Under the pieces are notes generated by a model. That model had not been told where the DNA came from. It made no database searches and saw only the letters and a list, made by a program, of their open reading frames with translations. 64,000 bases of DNA from Cyanophora paradoxa CCMP329 (Eukaryota > Plantae > Glaucophyta), in NCBI GenBank assembly GCA_004431415.1, contig QPMI01000059.1, positions 248,001 through 312,000 on the forward strand. The letters run 5' to 3'. Positions 1 to 11,308 of the stretch are shown piece after piece. The position numbers and the translations under genes are program-made. How positions within the stretch are numbered: the stretch's first letter is position 1; every line of letters begins with the position of its first letter.

Positions 1-408
1 GCGCTGCACCCTCGCCCTAGGCCCTGGCCTAGGCCTAATAGACTTAGACCCAAGTCTTGGCCGCGCTCGCCCTCGCCTCGCGCCCCCACCTAGAATCACC
101 GCCTAGGCCCCGTGAGACCCAGACCGGCCTAGGAAGAAGTCCTTCCCGTCCCAGACCGGCCTAGATAGACCGGCCTGGGACAAAGCTCCCCCGCCCCGGC
201 CTAGGACGAAGATCTGAGGAGCCGCAGCGCCGTGCCAATCGCCGGCGCCGGCCGCCCGCAAGCGCCTCCCCGCCCTAGGCCCTTGCCTAAGCCTAGACGT
301 AGGCCTAGATAGGTCGGCCTAGGAAGAAGCCCCCACGGTCCCGATTGCTCCTTCCGCCCCGCGCCGCGCCGCCCCGCCCCGCCCCGCCTGACGCGCGCGG
401 GGGTACAG

Positions 409-746
409 CTTCTGCCACCACTTCGACCCGAAGAGGACCGTCGAGGCAGCCATCTCCCAGGTGCGGGGGGGAAAAGAAGGGGAGGGGTACGGGAGAGAGA
501 GAGAGAGAGGCGAGAAGGCGGTGTGTGTGTGTGTTGGGGGGGGGGGGGGGGGGGGGGGGAGGGAGGGAGGGAGGGAGGGAGGATCCAATCACTAGAGATC
601 GGGGCCCAGGCGCCCGCCCCAGCCGTCGCTCACGGTCCCCTTTCCGCCCCGCCCTCGCATCGCAGCTCACGCGGTCGCGCTTCTCTACGCCGATCGTCCC
701 CTGCCCGCCCTCCCTCGTCCCGGCCCCCGCCCTCCCCGCCCTCTGA
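409..746 (+). CDS. 3' end of a gene entering from the left edge, hypothetical protein
   Basis: Exon 409-460 (ctgac branch site, cag acceptor, gtgcgg donor) reads FCHHFDPKRTVEAAISQ. It joins in frame to 666-746, LTRSRFSTPIVPCPPSLVPAPALPAL-stop. Confidence 0.5.
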
Positions 747-925
747 GCGGTGCATCTGCGAGCTCGAATCCGAATTCGAACACCATGCGAATGAGAATTA
801 AACGAGGGTCGGGGAGCCGCGGGGGCCGGCGAACTTCCGGAACTTTGAGTTTCGTGTTTTCGTGTGCAAGCAAGGCTTGCCCGACAGGGCGTGGCCCAGC
901 GGCGGAGTCTCAGCTAGCGCTCTGC

Positions 926-955
926 CACGTGCACGTGCACGTGCACGTGCACGTG
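926..955. repeat. (CACGTG)5 palindromic tandem repeat
   Basis: Five perfect CACGTG units read directly, lying between two convergent gene 3' ends. Confidence 0.9.
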
Positions 956-1524
956 CATGCTCACCGTGGACTTAGTGACTCAGTGACTCTGCGAGCGCTG
1001 AATTTAGAGATCTCAGATCTAGATCTAGATTTCATGATCGAAAATTCGGTTTCAGTCACATTGCAATATATTAAAACTAGAATTCATGATCAAGATGCCT
1101 AGATACACAATAAACGTGCGAAAGGAATACGTATACGTAGTACCGTAGCTGGCAGCAAAGACAGCAAAACTTCGCGGCCGAGAAATGCATATGCTGGACT
1201 CGATTCGGTAAAATTGCAACTGCATGCAAGAGACTGGAAATGCGAAAATCGAGTACAGAGTACATAAGGAGACGATCGACACATAAATACAATACACGAA
1301 AACTGCTGCACGAACTGCAGCGGAAATTAAAGACAGTTGGGAAAAAGGCTGGTCCCTGCTAGGATATCTAATCCGATAATATTAATCCGAGGTCCTGCTA
1401 GGCTGGTCTACTGGCCTGATTTGCCTGGCTTCCTCCCGCGTCGCTTTGCCGGGAGGAAGTTTAAGCCGCAGGGAATTAAAAAGACTAGCCGAGCGGACGC
1501 CGTGACGATACTACAGCTGCAGGA

Positions 1525-4500
1525 TTATATAATTAGATCCGGGAGTTCTCGAAAGCAGAAGGTCCCGGGGAGCAGGGGTGGTGGGGGAGGGCGCGCAGGC
1601 GCGGCGCCGGTGCCGGCGCCGCGGCCGGCGGCGGCGGATGTATATGCCTCCAGGCCGTGCGGCTGCGGCTGCGGCTCGGGAGAGGCGGGTCCTCCATCGC
1701 TGGGGTCCACTCCGCGCCCGTGCAGAGCGTCGGGCTGCGGCTCGGGCGAGGCGGGTACCCCATTATTATTATTATTGTGGCCGTCCTCCACTCCGCTCCC
1801 GTGCAGAGCGTCGCCGCCGCTCTCGCGCCGCTCGCCCTCCGCTGCCGCCGCCTCCTGCGCCGCCTGCGCCGCCGCCTGCCCCGAGACGATGTACCCCGTC
1901 TCCAGCACGAGGACGTCCCCTCCCTTGTTGTCGTGGACCTAATTGAGGCGACGATGAGCTCTTCTCAGGGATAATAAACTTTAGATAGAAGGAGAGATAT
2001 GTTAGAACATGGGACCTCGTTTCCCTCGCGGAGGACGGGGTCGCCCCCCGTGGGAAACAAGGTCCTATCTATCTTTCTTATTAAATTGCCTCTCATATAT
2101 GAACTCTAGATAGAACGAGACATGCAAGAAACTAAAGGACCTTGTTGCCCTCGCGGAGGACGGGGTCGCCCCCCGTGCGGACCTCGAAGCCGAGCGCGTT
2201 GTGGTGCACGTCGTTGCCCTGAGAAAGAAGGGAACGGAAAGATATAAGATCCTATCTTATAACATTGCCTCTTTCTATATCATAGTATTATATAATCATT
2301 ATAATCATATATTGCCCTGAGGAGAAGGAAGAAGAAGAATAGGATGAGTAAGAGATGTAAGGCTTGAATGAAAGCTTCAACTAAGTTTGATCCGCGAGCG
2401 AGCGAGCGCAGCTTTCATATCTTAAGAAACATAAGACGGTGTGATACATAAGATATTTTCATAAGTATCTTATGTATCTTATGAAACATAAGACGACGTG
2501 ATACATAAGATATAAGCAGCCGCAGCCGCGCACCTCGAAAATGCCCCGCCCGTTGTCGTACACGCGGATGCCGCACTGCGGCGCATGGTGAGCTCGAAGT
2601 GAGACAGATAGGCGGAGCGTGGGAGACGATATCGAGTCCTAGAGCTCCAGGCGGCATGCTGCCATAACGGGGCGCAGGCGCCGTGCGGCGTGCTCTTCCG
2701 AGCTACTTCTTCTGACTACTTCTGACTACGGCCGCGTACGGACCTGGCGGCAGCCAGCCGCCCGGGACGGTTAGAGTTGATAAAGGACACCCAGCGCAAG
2801 ATAGTCACGCGTGCCGGGCGCAGCCTAGCCTCAACTCTACCGCCACACCTAAGCCACCTTAGGCTATTTCTCCGCGGACGGACCTGGCGGCAGCCGTGCA
2901 CGCGATTGTTCTGAACGACGGGGTTCGAGAAGGACCGGATCTTCGCGCCGGCCGGGCCCGTCAGTTTGTTTGAAACGGAACAGCGTCAGTTAAAGCTCAT
3001 AATCGAGCTTGAAGCTTCTATAATGTAAGGCTAGCTATAGTACATTTATGTTGGCTATATGAAATTAAGTCGAGTTCTTTGTGGGCGCACCTTGATGCCG
3101 GCGCCGGCGATGTCGAAGACGACGTTCTCGGCGATGGTGCCGCGCCCGTGCCGGTATACGCGGATCCCGCTCTCCTGCGCGGGGCGCGCGTCGGTACACG
3201 CGGGGAGGGAGAGGGGGGGGGGGGGGGGGGGGGGAGGGGGGGGAGGGGGGGATATCTAGAGCGCCAGGGCGCTCTCGTATCTAAGATGGCGGGGGGATCG
3301 CGCCATCCAATCGTCAGCACCAGCGGGGCCTAGCTATATGGCGCTCTCGTGGCAAGGAGGCAGAGGCGGGGGCTGGGGCGGCCCGCGGACCCCCCCACCG
3401 CCCGCGGCCGCCCGCCCCCCGCCCCCCCGCCGGCGGACCAAGCTTTATGTTCGTTGACTGGAGATCGAGCTCTCGCTCGAGCTTCGACAACTAACTGACT
3501 AAGTGTACCGCCCGACGGACCTTGGCGTCGTGGATTGTGTTGTGCCGTACGATCGGGGCGGCCCCGTCGCATATCTCCACCCCCGAGCGCGTCGTGTCGA
3601 ACACGTCGTTGCCCTAGGAAAACGAAGAGGGGCATGAGCTTATAATTAGCTTATAATGATATAATTAATATAGCTTATAGCTTATAAGGAGGGCGTTAGC
3701 TTATAATTAGCTCAGCTTCGCGTATCTTAGATGTGCATGAGGGGCATGGGGTAGGGGACGAGAGGGCTCGGGGAGATCCGGACGGACCTCGATGGTGCCG
3801 CGCCCGTTGTGGCAGACGAGGATCCCCGCCTTGGTCCCGCGCGAGATCGACGGTGAGAAAGGCGGTGAGAAAGGTGAGAAATTAAAGGGCGGTGGACATC
3901 GAAGGGGAGAAATTCAAGGCGGTGGAGAGCACTACACTATAAGCTCAAGGTTGCAGGTGTTTAAAAGGCTTTAATAGGATAACAAACTAATTAATATAAG
4001 CTCGACGGACCTTGATGCCGTGGTGGATGCGGTTGTTGAAGACGCGCGGGTTGCCCCCGCCGCTGATTTCCACCCCGGCGTGCTTGTGCATGCTGGGGGC
4101 CGCGGGGGAAGAGGGTGACGAAAGCGACGGGAAGCGCTGGCGATGGCCTCGGCCTCCTGGCCTAGGCCTATTCTAGTACCCCCCGCCGCCGTTCCTGCCC
4201 ACCTGATGTCGTTCAACGGTTGTGCTCGACAGCGCCCCCGCCCCCAGGATTTAGGAGGAGGGCTTATAATTAGACCCCAGGGGTAGCGGCAGGCAAAGCA
4301 AGACCCCTTGGCCTCCTATTCTTAAGCTTAGGCCTAGCGCCGTTCCCTCACCTGATGTCGTTGTGCTCGACGGTGCCCCTCCCAAAGTCGCAGACGACGA
4401 CGCCGGCCGAGCGCCCGTCGTGGATCGCGTTGTTCCGCACCGTCGGGTCCGCCTCGCCCTCGATCGAGACGCCTGCGGGGGCGGGCGGGCGAAGTAAGCC

Positions 4501-7500
4501 GAGTGAGCTCCAAGCAAGCTTCTGATTGAGCTTCAAGCGGCTCAAGCTTAAGCTTCCTAAGAAGGAAGCCTAAGATCTAGAGGCGGCTTTGGCTCCCGCG
4601 CTTCAGCCTGAGCTCTCGATGGGCCAGGGCCGGGACCGGGGGCAGAGCACTCGCCTGCGTGCGCGTTGCCGTAGACGTCGTTGCCCTCCGCGAGGCCCCC
4701 CGCGCCGGCCTGGAAGCGCACGCCGGCCCCCCCGCAGCCGTGGATCTCGTTCTCTGCTCGGTCAGTCAGAGGGCGTCTCGAGCCAAAGATAAGGTGCTCT
4801 GCGTGTAGCTGGCTGCAAGCTTCAAGCTTAATTTCTCAATCTCAAGCTTAGTCAAGCTTGAAGCCCCGCAGCGACCTAAGATGAGAGAGGGGATCCAAAG
4901 CTTAAGCCGCGGACCGCGCAGGGTCGGCTCGGTGCCCTCCCCGCGGACGACGACGCCGCTCCAGCCGGCGCTGGAGATGTCGCAGTCCTCCAACAGCGCC
5001 CGGCTCCCCCCCACGATCTGTCCGTGCACAGTCAGTTGGACGAATCTCGAGCGAAAGATCCATTAGCTGAAAGATAGAGCTAACAGGAGATAGATCCTGG
5101 CGGCTGAAGATAGATAGATCTCGTCGGCCGTTCTTAGCTCTAGCTCAAGGCTGCAGAGGCTAAATTAAAAATGCTCTAACTTGACTGTGCGGCACGGGCC
5201 CGTCGCACATGTACAGTCAGTGAGTAGAAACTCGAGCGAAAGCTCAAGCTTTCCCACTCTCTCTAGTGGAACATTGAGCTTAGCTAGGCGAAGCAAAAGC
5301 TTCCGAAAGTTCACTTAAGCTTCTTAACTCAAGAGTGGCCGACCTGCACGCTCGGCGCCGCGGGGCCGGCCCGACGCAGAGGAGGCTTAATTTCTAGTTG
5401 AAAGCTAAGAGCTAATTATATAAGAGATAAGCGCTAAGTTGAGATCTCTAGTTGAGAAACCGACCTGCACGGAGGCCTCGGCGGGTGACCCGTTCCGCAC
5501 GGTGAGGCCCCGCACGCTCGGCGCCGCGGGCCCGGCGCAGAGGAGCGTCGGCCCCGCGCCGCGCCACTCGAGGAGGGCCTCCCGCGGCCCGACGAGGCGC
5601 ACGTCCTTCGCCAGCGACACCTGCTCCGTGTACCTGCGCGGACGTTTAACCCAAGGCTGAAGTCTGAGGTTTGGGCTGGTTGGGCTGTAGCTAGTTGGGC
5701 CAGATAGATTTGATCTAGGATCTAGATCCGTGTACCTGCGCGGGCTTTTGAGCCAAGGCTGATCATGAGCTCTGAAGGCCGAGGCTGAAGTCTAGATAGA
5801 TTTGATCTAGGATCTAAATTTGATTTAGGATCTCCTTACGCCAAGGCCGAAGTCTAGATAGATGAGTCGGGCGACGCTTAAGCCGAGGCCGAAGTCTTGG
5901 TAGATTTGATCTAGAATCTATCTATCTAGCTAGATATGTCTGGCTGGCGCTGCACCTGCCGGGGGCGAGGCGGATGGTCTGCCCACTGTGCGCCCGCGCG
6001 ACGGCGCCAGCGACGCTCTCGCCAGGGGCCACGTGTATCTCGAGCTCGACCGGTGCGCTCTGCGGTCCGGTCGCGGATCGGGCGGGGCGGGGCGGGGCGG
6101 GGCGGGGCGGGGCGGGCGGGCGCGCACGTTCGCCCTCGACAGGTGCTTGCACGCGGACGTCAGCCGCTGCGGCGGTGATGCTCAGGCCAAGAACAAGAAG
6201 GCGCTCGACGCGCGCGATTTCGCACCTCGACGACCTGCTGGAAGGAGGGGCGCCGGGCCGGGTCGGCGTGCCAGCAGGCCGCCAGCAGCGCCCGCAGCGG
6301 CTCGGGCCACCCCGCCTCGACCTCGGGTCGCCCGACGCCCGCGTCCGCAGCGGACGCCCCCGGGTACAGCTCGTCCCGCTCTCGATCTCGCGCGAGGCCC
6401 GCCCACGGGTCCCTCCCGCTCAGCGCCTCCTGCGGCCAGTACTAGTTAAACAGACCGACAAACAGACGAGTTCTAAGAATAGAGCGGAATCAGCGTATAC
6501 GTACCCAGAGGAGGTACCCGAAGGACGCCACGTCCCCCGCCTCGCTCCCCCCCTCCGCCGGGCGCCGCCGCCCGAAGTCCGCGATCTTCGGTACCCCTCC
6601 GACCATCACGACGCGCTCGGCGGTCAGGTCGCCTGCGCCCGTCGCGTTAGAAGGAAGAGGAAGAAGGGGCAAGACAGGTCTCGGCGCTGTGTCTAGCGAA
6701 GCTAGCACTAGGCTAGTGCTAGCCAGCTAGTAGTTAGCTACAGCTAGCCAGCTAGTAGTTAGCTACAGCTAGCCAGCTAGTAGTTAGCTACAGCTAGCCA
6801 GCTAGTAGTTAGCTACAGCTAGCCAGCTAGTAGTTAGCTACAGCTAGCCAGCTAGTAGTTAGCTACAGCTAGCCAGCTAGTAGTTAGCTACAGCTAGCCA
6901 GCTAGTAGTTAGCTACAGCTAGCCAGCTAGTAGTTAGCTACAGCTAGCCAGCTAGTAGTTAGCTACAGCTAGCCAGCTAGTAGTTAGCTACAGCTAGCCA
7001 GCTAGTAGTTAGCTACAGCTAGCCAGCTAGTAGTTAGCTACAGCTAGCCAGCTAGTAGTTAGCTACAGCTAGCCAGCTAGTAGTTAGCTACAGCTAGCCA
7101 GCTAGTAGTTAGCTACAGCTAGCCAGCTAGTAGTTAGCTACAGCTAGCCAGCTAGTAGTTAGCTACAGCTAGCCAGCTAGTAGTTAGCTACAGCTAGCCA
7201 GCTAGTAGTTAGCTACAGCTAGCCAGCTAGTAGTTAGCTACAGCTAGCCAGCTAGTAGTTAGCTACAGCTAGCCAGCTAGTAGTTAGCTACAGCTAGCCA
7301 GCTAGTAGTTAGCCTTATTTTAGCCTTCTCCCGGACCCTTAAGCTTGGCCTACCGTGGGCGACGGGCGGCTCCAGCGACGCGAGGTGCCGCAGGGCCCGC
7401 GCGACGGGCAGCAGCAGCGCCGCCCGCCTCGGCGCCGGCAGCTCCTGCGAACGAGGCGAGCGAGGCGAGAGGGGGGCCCGAGGGTGTGAGGCGTGGCGTG

Positions 7501-10077
7501 GCGTGGCGAGGCGAGGCGCCGGCGCGGGGAGGCGGGGAAGAGAGAGAGATATAGATAGCCTAAGGCGGCTTAGGTGCGGCGGCAGAGTTGATGGTGCTCT
7601 GCCCTGCCCTGCTGGGCAGCGCCGGCGCGCCCGTGGCCATGGCTTGCTTCGGGACACCTTAAAACTCTAGGCTATCTCTCTTGGCGCGCGAGTCTTAAAC
7701 TCTACCGCCACACCTAAGCCACCTTAGGCTATCTCTCGGCGGCAGAGTTCAAGACGCTCAGCCCTGCTGCACAGCGCTGGCACGCGCGCGGGGATTGCTC
7801 TAAGGCAGGGCGAACGGTCACCTGGAAGGCGGCGGAGCGGAGGTGGTCGGCGAGGGTACCCCCCTCGGCGAGCTCCGCCACGACGAGGAGGAGGGAGGGG
7901 CCGGCCCCCTCCCGCTCCGCCCCCTCCGCCCCCGACGCCGACGCAGGCGCCGGCGCCACGCAGAGCCCGTGAAACTGGAAAGGAAAGAAAGGGAGCGGGG
8001 TTAGGACGGCGTTTCGAATCAGATTCAGCCTCAGAGTCTGGTATCCTCTAGCATCGTCTAGTCTCGTATCGTGCTGCTTTATGTTTGCCTGCTTTGAGTT
8101 ATAAAGCAGGTTCGAGTTCGCTCCCGCTCTCGAATTGCCGCTGTAATCTCTAAGCTGGGTGATCTGTAGAGGCGTAGCGAGGCGTAGCGGGCCGCATCTA
8201 GAGCCAAAGGCCTCTAGTTTAACGGGGCTTTCATCTACGTATATATACTTGTGTGGCTTCTATGCGGCCTAGCTAGAGGCTTCAAGCGGCTTTTATATTT
8301 GCCTGTTCTCAGAGTCTTCGAGCGGACCTGGAGGACGCTCGAGAGGGCCGCCTCGCTTATTTTATTTTAATATTAGGCGGCTTTTGTATTAGGCGGCTCT
8401 AGAGCCAAGAGCTTAAGGGTGCATCTAAGGGTGGAGCCGAGAGGCGTGGAGGGCCGCATCTAGAGCCAAGAGCTTGTAGATCAAGGGAGCTTTAAGCGGC
8501 TTTAAGCGGCTTTTATGTTTACAGACCTGGAGGACGCCCGGGTGCTGCAGGGATGCGTGGAGGACCGCCTCCCGCTCCGCCTCGCGCCACGCCGCCTCGC
8601 CGGGGCCCGCCGCGATCTGACCCGGGGGGGGCGGGGGCGGGGGCAGGCGCGTCAGATACGGAGGAGGAGGGGATGAGGCGCGGGGGAGGGGCGGGGGGCG
8701 GGGGCGGGCGCCGCGTCAGAGACGCGGGGCGGGGTGCGCGTGCCGTTTGGCGCCACCCCTGCAGCTAGACAGACTCCGGGTCGAAAAAGGCGTACACTTT
8801 TGACGGAGACGGGGAGGCCGAGCCAGTGGCCGGGGGCGGCGCGGCCCGTTGGGCCCTCCCACAGCGGCTTCTCGGTCCACCGCACCTAAAACAAATCATT
8901 AAAGATTTAGGCGAGGCTCGCTTAGTTAAGGCTTTAGTACAAGGTAGCTTGAAGGCTCAAATGAACAACGTAACAGTGTGGCAACAGGCTTAGACGCATG
9001 CCGCCCGAGAAGAGTTAGATCGATGCGCAGTTTGGCGGTGAGGAGCGCATGAACATGGCGTATGAATGATAAAAATCTACGAGATCCGGGCGCGATCGCC
9101 GCCACTCGGCGCCCGCCCGTCCGCTCGCCCCAGTTTAAGATGAGGAGTAATTCAAGTGAAGTCCATGAGCTTTAGTGCAAGCTTGCTTCGGCTCGGTTCC
9201 GGGTTCGAATCCGGCAGCGGGCGCACCGACAGCTCGTCCTCGGGTACGACGCTCCAGCCGAGGGGGGGCAGCGGCGCCGGCGGCGGCCTGGCCCCTGCCG
9301 CAGTGCTCTGGGTCGGCCGGCGAGGCGGGGCGGGCGGGAGGGGCGGATTCGAACCCGCAATGCGGCGCAGGATCGCCTCGCAGTCGCGATCGCCTGAGCG
9401 ATCGCCCCGCTCTTCGCTGGCGTACGAGGATCATCAGAATGCGGGGGGGGGGGGAGGGGGGAGGGGAGGGGGAGGGGGGGGGGGGCGCGGCCTCGCACCA
9501 GCACTCGGCGGCGGGGGCAGCGGTATCCCCCCCCGCCGCGCGCTCCTGCTCCGCTTCCTCCTGATGAGCGCGTGAGCGGTCGGAGAGACGGGTACAGCTC
9601 TGAAAGAGAGACAGACGGGTACAGCTTTAGAGTGCGCGCCTGGATCTTGAGGACGGCCTGGAGCACCCGCTCGAGGAACGCCTCCATCGCGCGGGGCGCC
9701 TCCGGGACCGGTTGCGAGCGCGAAACTGTGGCCGGCGGCGGCCGCGGGGGCGGCGGCGGCGGCGGCGGCGTCGGCGTCCCGCGCTCGCTCGACTCGGGAT
9801 CCAAGTCAAGAACGACGACGCTCCCCTCTCGATTCGGGCCCGCCGGCGCCGCGCGCGGTCCCGCGGTCGGGGTCGGGGTGCGGATGCTTTCCTCTTCGGT
9901 CTTGCGATAGGCTGGCGCCAAAGTGGTCTTAGAAGGGGCGCATGCCGATCGCGGGAAGCCGGGCGGACCTTTGAATGCGGTCGCCGCGGCGGGGCTCATG
10001 CTTTTAACTGGCGGCGGGGGCGGGACGGGCATTCCGATCCGCCCGCCAGTGCGCGAGCGAGTTGCCTGCATCTGCAT
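1525..10077 (-). CDS. Multi-exon TKL-like protein (pseudo)kinase fused to a C-terminal right-handed parallel beta-helix (PbH1, FBXO11-like repeats)
   Basis: Spliced exons give WSVVPEDELS, LWEGPTG..HWLGLPVSVK, LQHPGVLQ/FHGLC, VVAELAEGGTLADHL, VAHG|DLTAERVV..KIADFG..DVASFGYLLW and CWHADPARRPSF. These are followed by IHVAPGESVAGAVARA..TIRLAPG, YTEQVSLAKDVRLVG and repeats such as GVSIEGEADPTVRNNAIHDGRSAGVVVCDFGRGTVEHNDI. The start codon is uncertain. Confidence 0.8.
2773..2873. mobile_element. Truncated copy of a dispersed MITE-like repeat (intronic)
   Basis: Shares agagttgataa..gcgtgccgggc..tcaactctaccgccacacctaagccaccttaggctat with 37443-37567, and the terminal ~40 bp with 7553-7737. Confidence 0.55.
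6721..7312. repeat. Perfect 25-bp minisatellite (AGCCAGCTAGTAGTTAGCTACAGCT) x ~23.7, intronic
   Basis: Exact period-25 repetition with no spacers. It lies in the intron that splits the kinase catalytic-loop HG|D codons. Confidence 0.98.
7553..7737. mobile_element. MITE-like element with ~40-bp terminal inverted repeats (intronic)
   Basis: agatagcctaaggcggcttaggtgcggcggcagagtt (7553-7589) is the near reverse complement of aactctaccgccacacctaagccaccttaggctatct (7698-7734). The same terminus recurs at 2831 and 37524. No clear TSD. Confidence 0.6.
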
Positions 10078-10542
10078 CGCCTGCGCGGCAGCCCATGACC
10101 AGATCGAATCAGCGCCGCGGGTCACGCAACCAGTGCTCCGCCCGGGCGCACCTTAGCGATTGGTTGCAGATGCTGTAGAGAATCTTAATGAGGTCGTAGG
10201 ATGCCGCCAGCCCCGCCGCGCTTCCGCGCACTGAGTGATGTCACGACCTGGCTGCGATAGGCGAGCGTGCGCCCGACTGCGCCAGCGGCGCTGCGAGCTT
10301 GTTGCCTGCTCGACGAGCCCAACTTGCGGTTCCCGCCGCGAGCCTCGGAGGGACGCAGGAGTTTTCGCCACGCTAGCTAGGACGGAGACGGGGCTCGGCG
10401 ACCGAAGCTAGGTAAAGCAGCTGGTAGGCGCTAAATGACCCGCCCCCGCTGCTCCCGGCTCGCCGCCAGCTGCAGGCGACCAGCGAGACAGCGAGTCGGC
10501 GAACGCTGGAGGGGTACAGTACGATCGCCTCAAGACTTCGAC

Positions 10543-10876
10543 ATGGGCAAAGGCGGCAAAGGTGGCACGAGGGTGGGGCAGCTCGACTCTGAAGAGCAGC
10601 GCCTTGCGCAGGAGGAGATCGATCCCGCGCTCCTGGCCGAGTTCGACGGCGAGCACCAGCTCGAGGCGCCAGCTTTCCCCGACGGGCTCTTCGCCGCCAG
10701 CGGCGCGGACCCTGACGTGCTCGCTGCTGAGGTCGACGAGATCCTCCAGGCGCAGGCCGGCGAGGTGCGTCCCTGATTAGTCTGCAGCTGGAAGCTTGAC
10801 GTCACTTTAACTTAGTAATCTCCTGACGAAACGCGCCATCGTACAGGCCGCGTACCCTTCCGACAAGGAGCTGTGA
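10543..10876 (+). CDS. Small acidic hypothetical protein ending in DKEL (upstream exons possible)
   Basis: Exon 10543-10764 MGKGGKGG...EILQAQAGE, a GT-AG intron 10765-10846 with a ctgac branch site, then last exon AAYPSDKEL-TGA. Confidence 0.55.
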
Positions 10877-11308
10877 GCGCGAGATCGTGCTTCATACGGG
10901 AATAAGCGAACCGGCGGACCTCCCGTACGTACGTATACGCGCGGAACATGTACAGTAGCGGCCGATGTGCAGATCGGCGAACGTCCAGCGGGCTGTTGTG
11001 TATAGCTGTAACAAGATTGCGGCAATCCGCGCCGGCGGCACACGTCAGCCGCGGCCATTAATATTTTGCCGCCGTAGCTCGCGCACCGAGGGTCGCCGCT
11101 AGCTCTCGCGTAGTCGCCGGGGGGCCCGGATCCCGGAGCTGCTGAAGCCAGGCAGCTTGTATCGCTAGCTACTAGGCTAGCGCGGCCTGCTCTTGAACGC
11201 TATGTAGAGCCTTGCGCGCAGGGCCCGCAGCCGGGCCCGGGGCAGCCGGTCTCGACTGTGCGGGACATGATTCGAATTACGCAAAATAATAACACTCTGT
11301 GCGGGACT

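Noticed and set aside
926-990. G-box/AP-1 enhancer cluster
   Set aside because: It lies between two convergent 3' ends and fits the general palindromic-repeat background. Regulatory function cannot be supported from sequence.
6721-7312. CRISPR array
   Set aside because: The units are contiguous and identical with no spacers, the context is a eukaryotic intron, and there are no cas genes.
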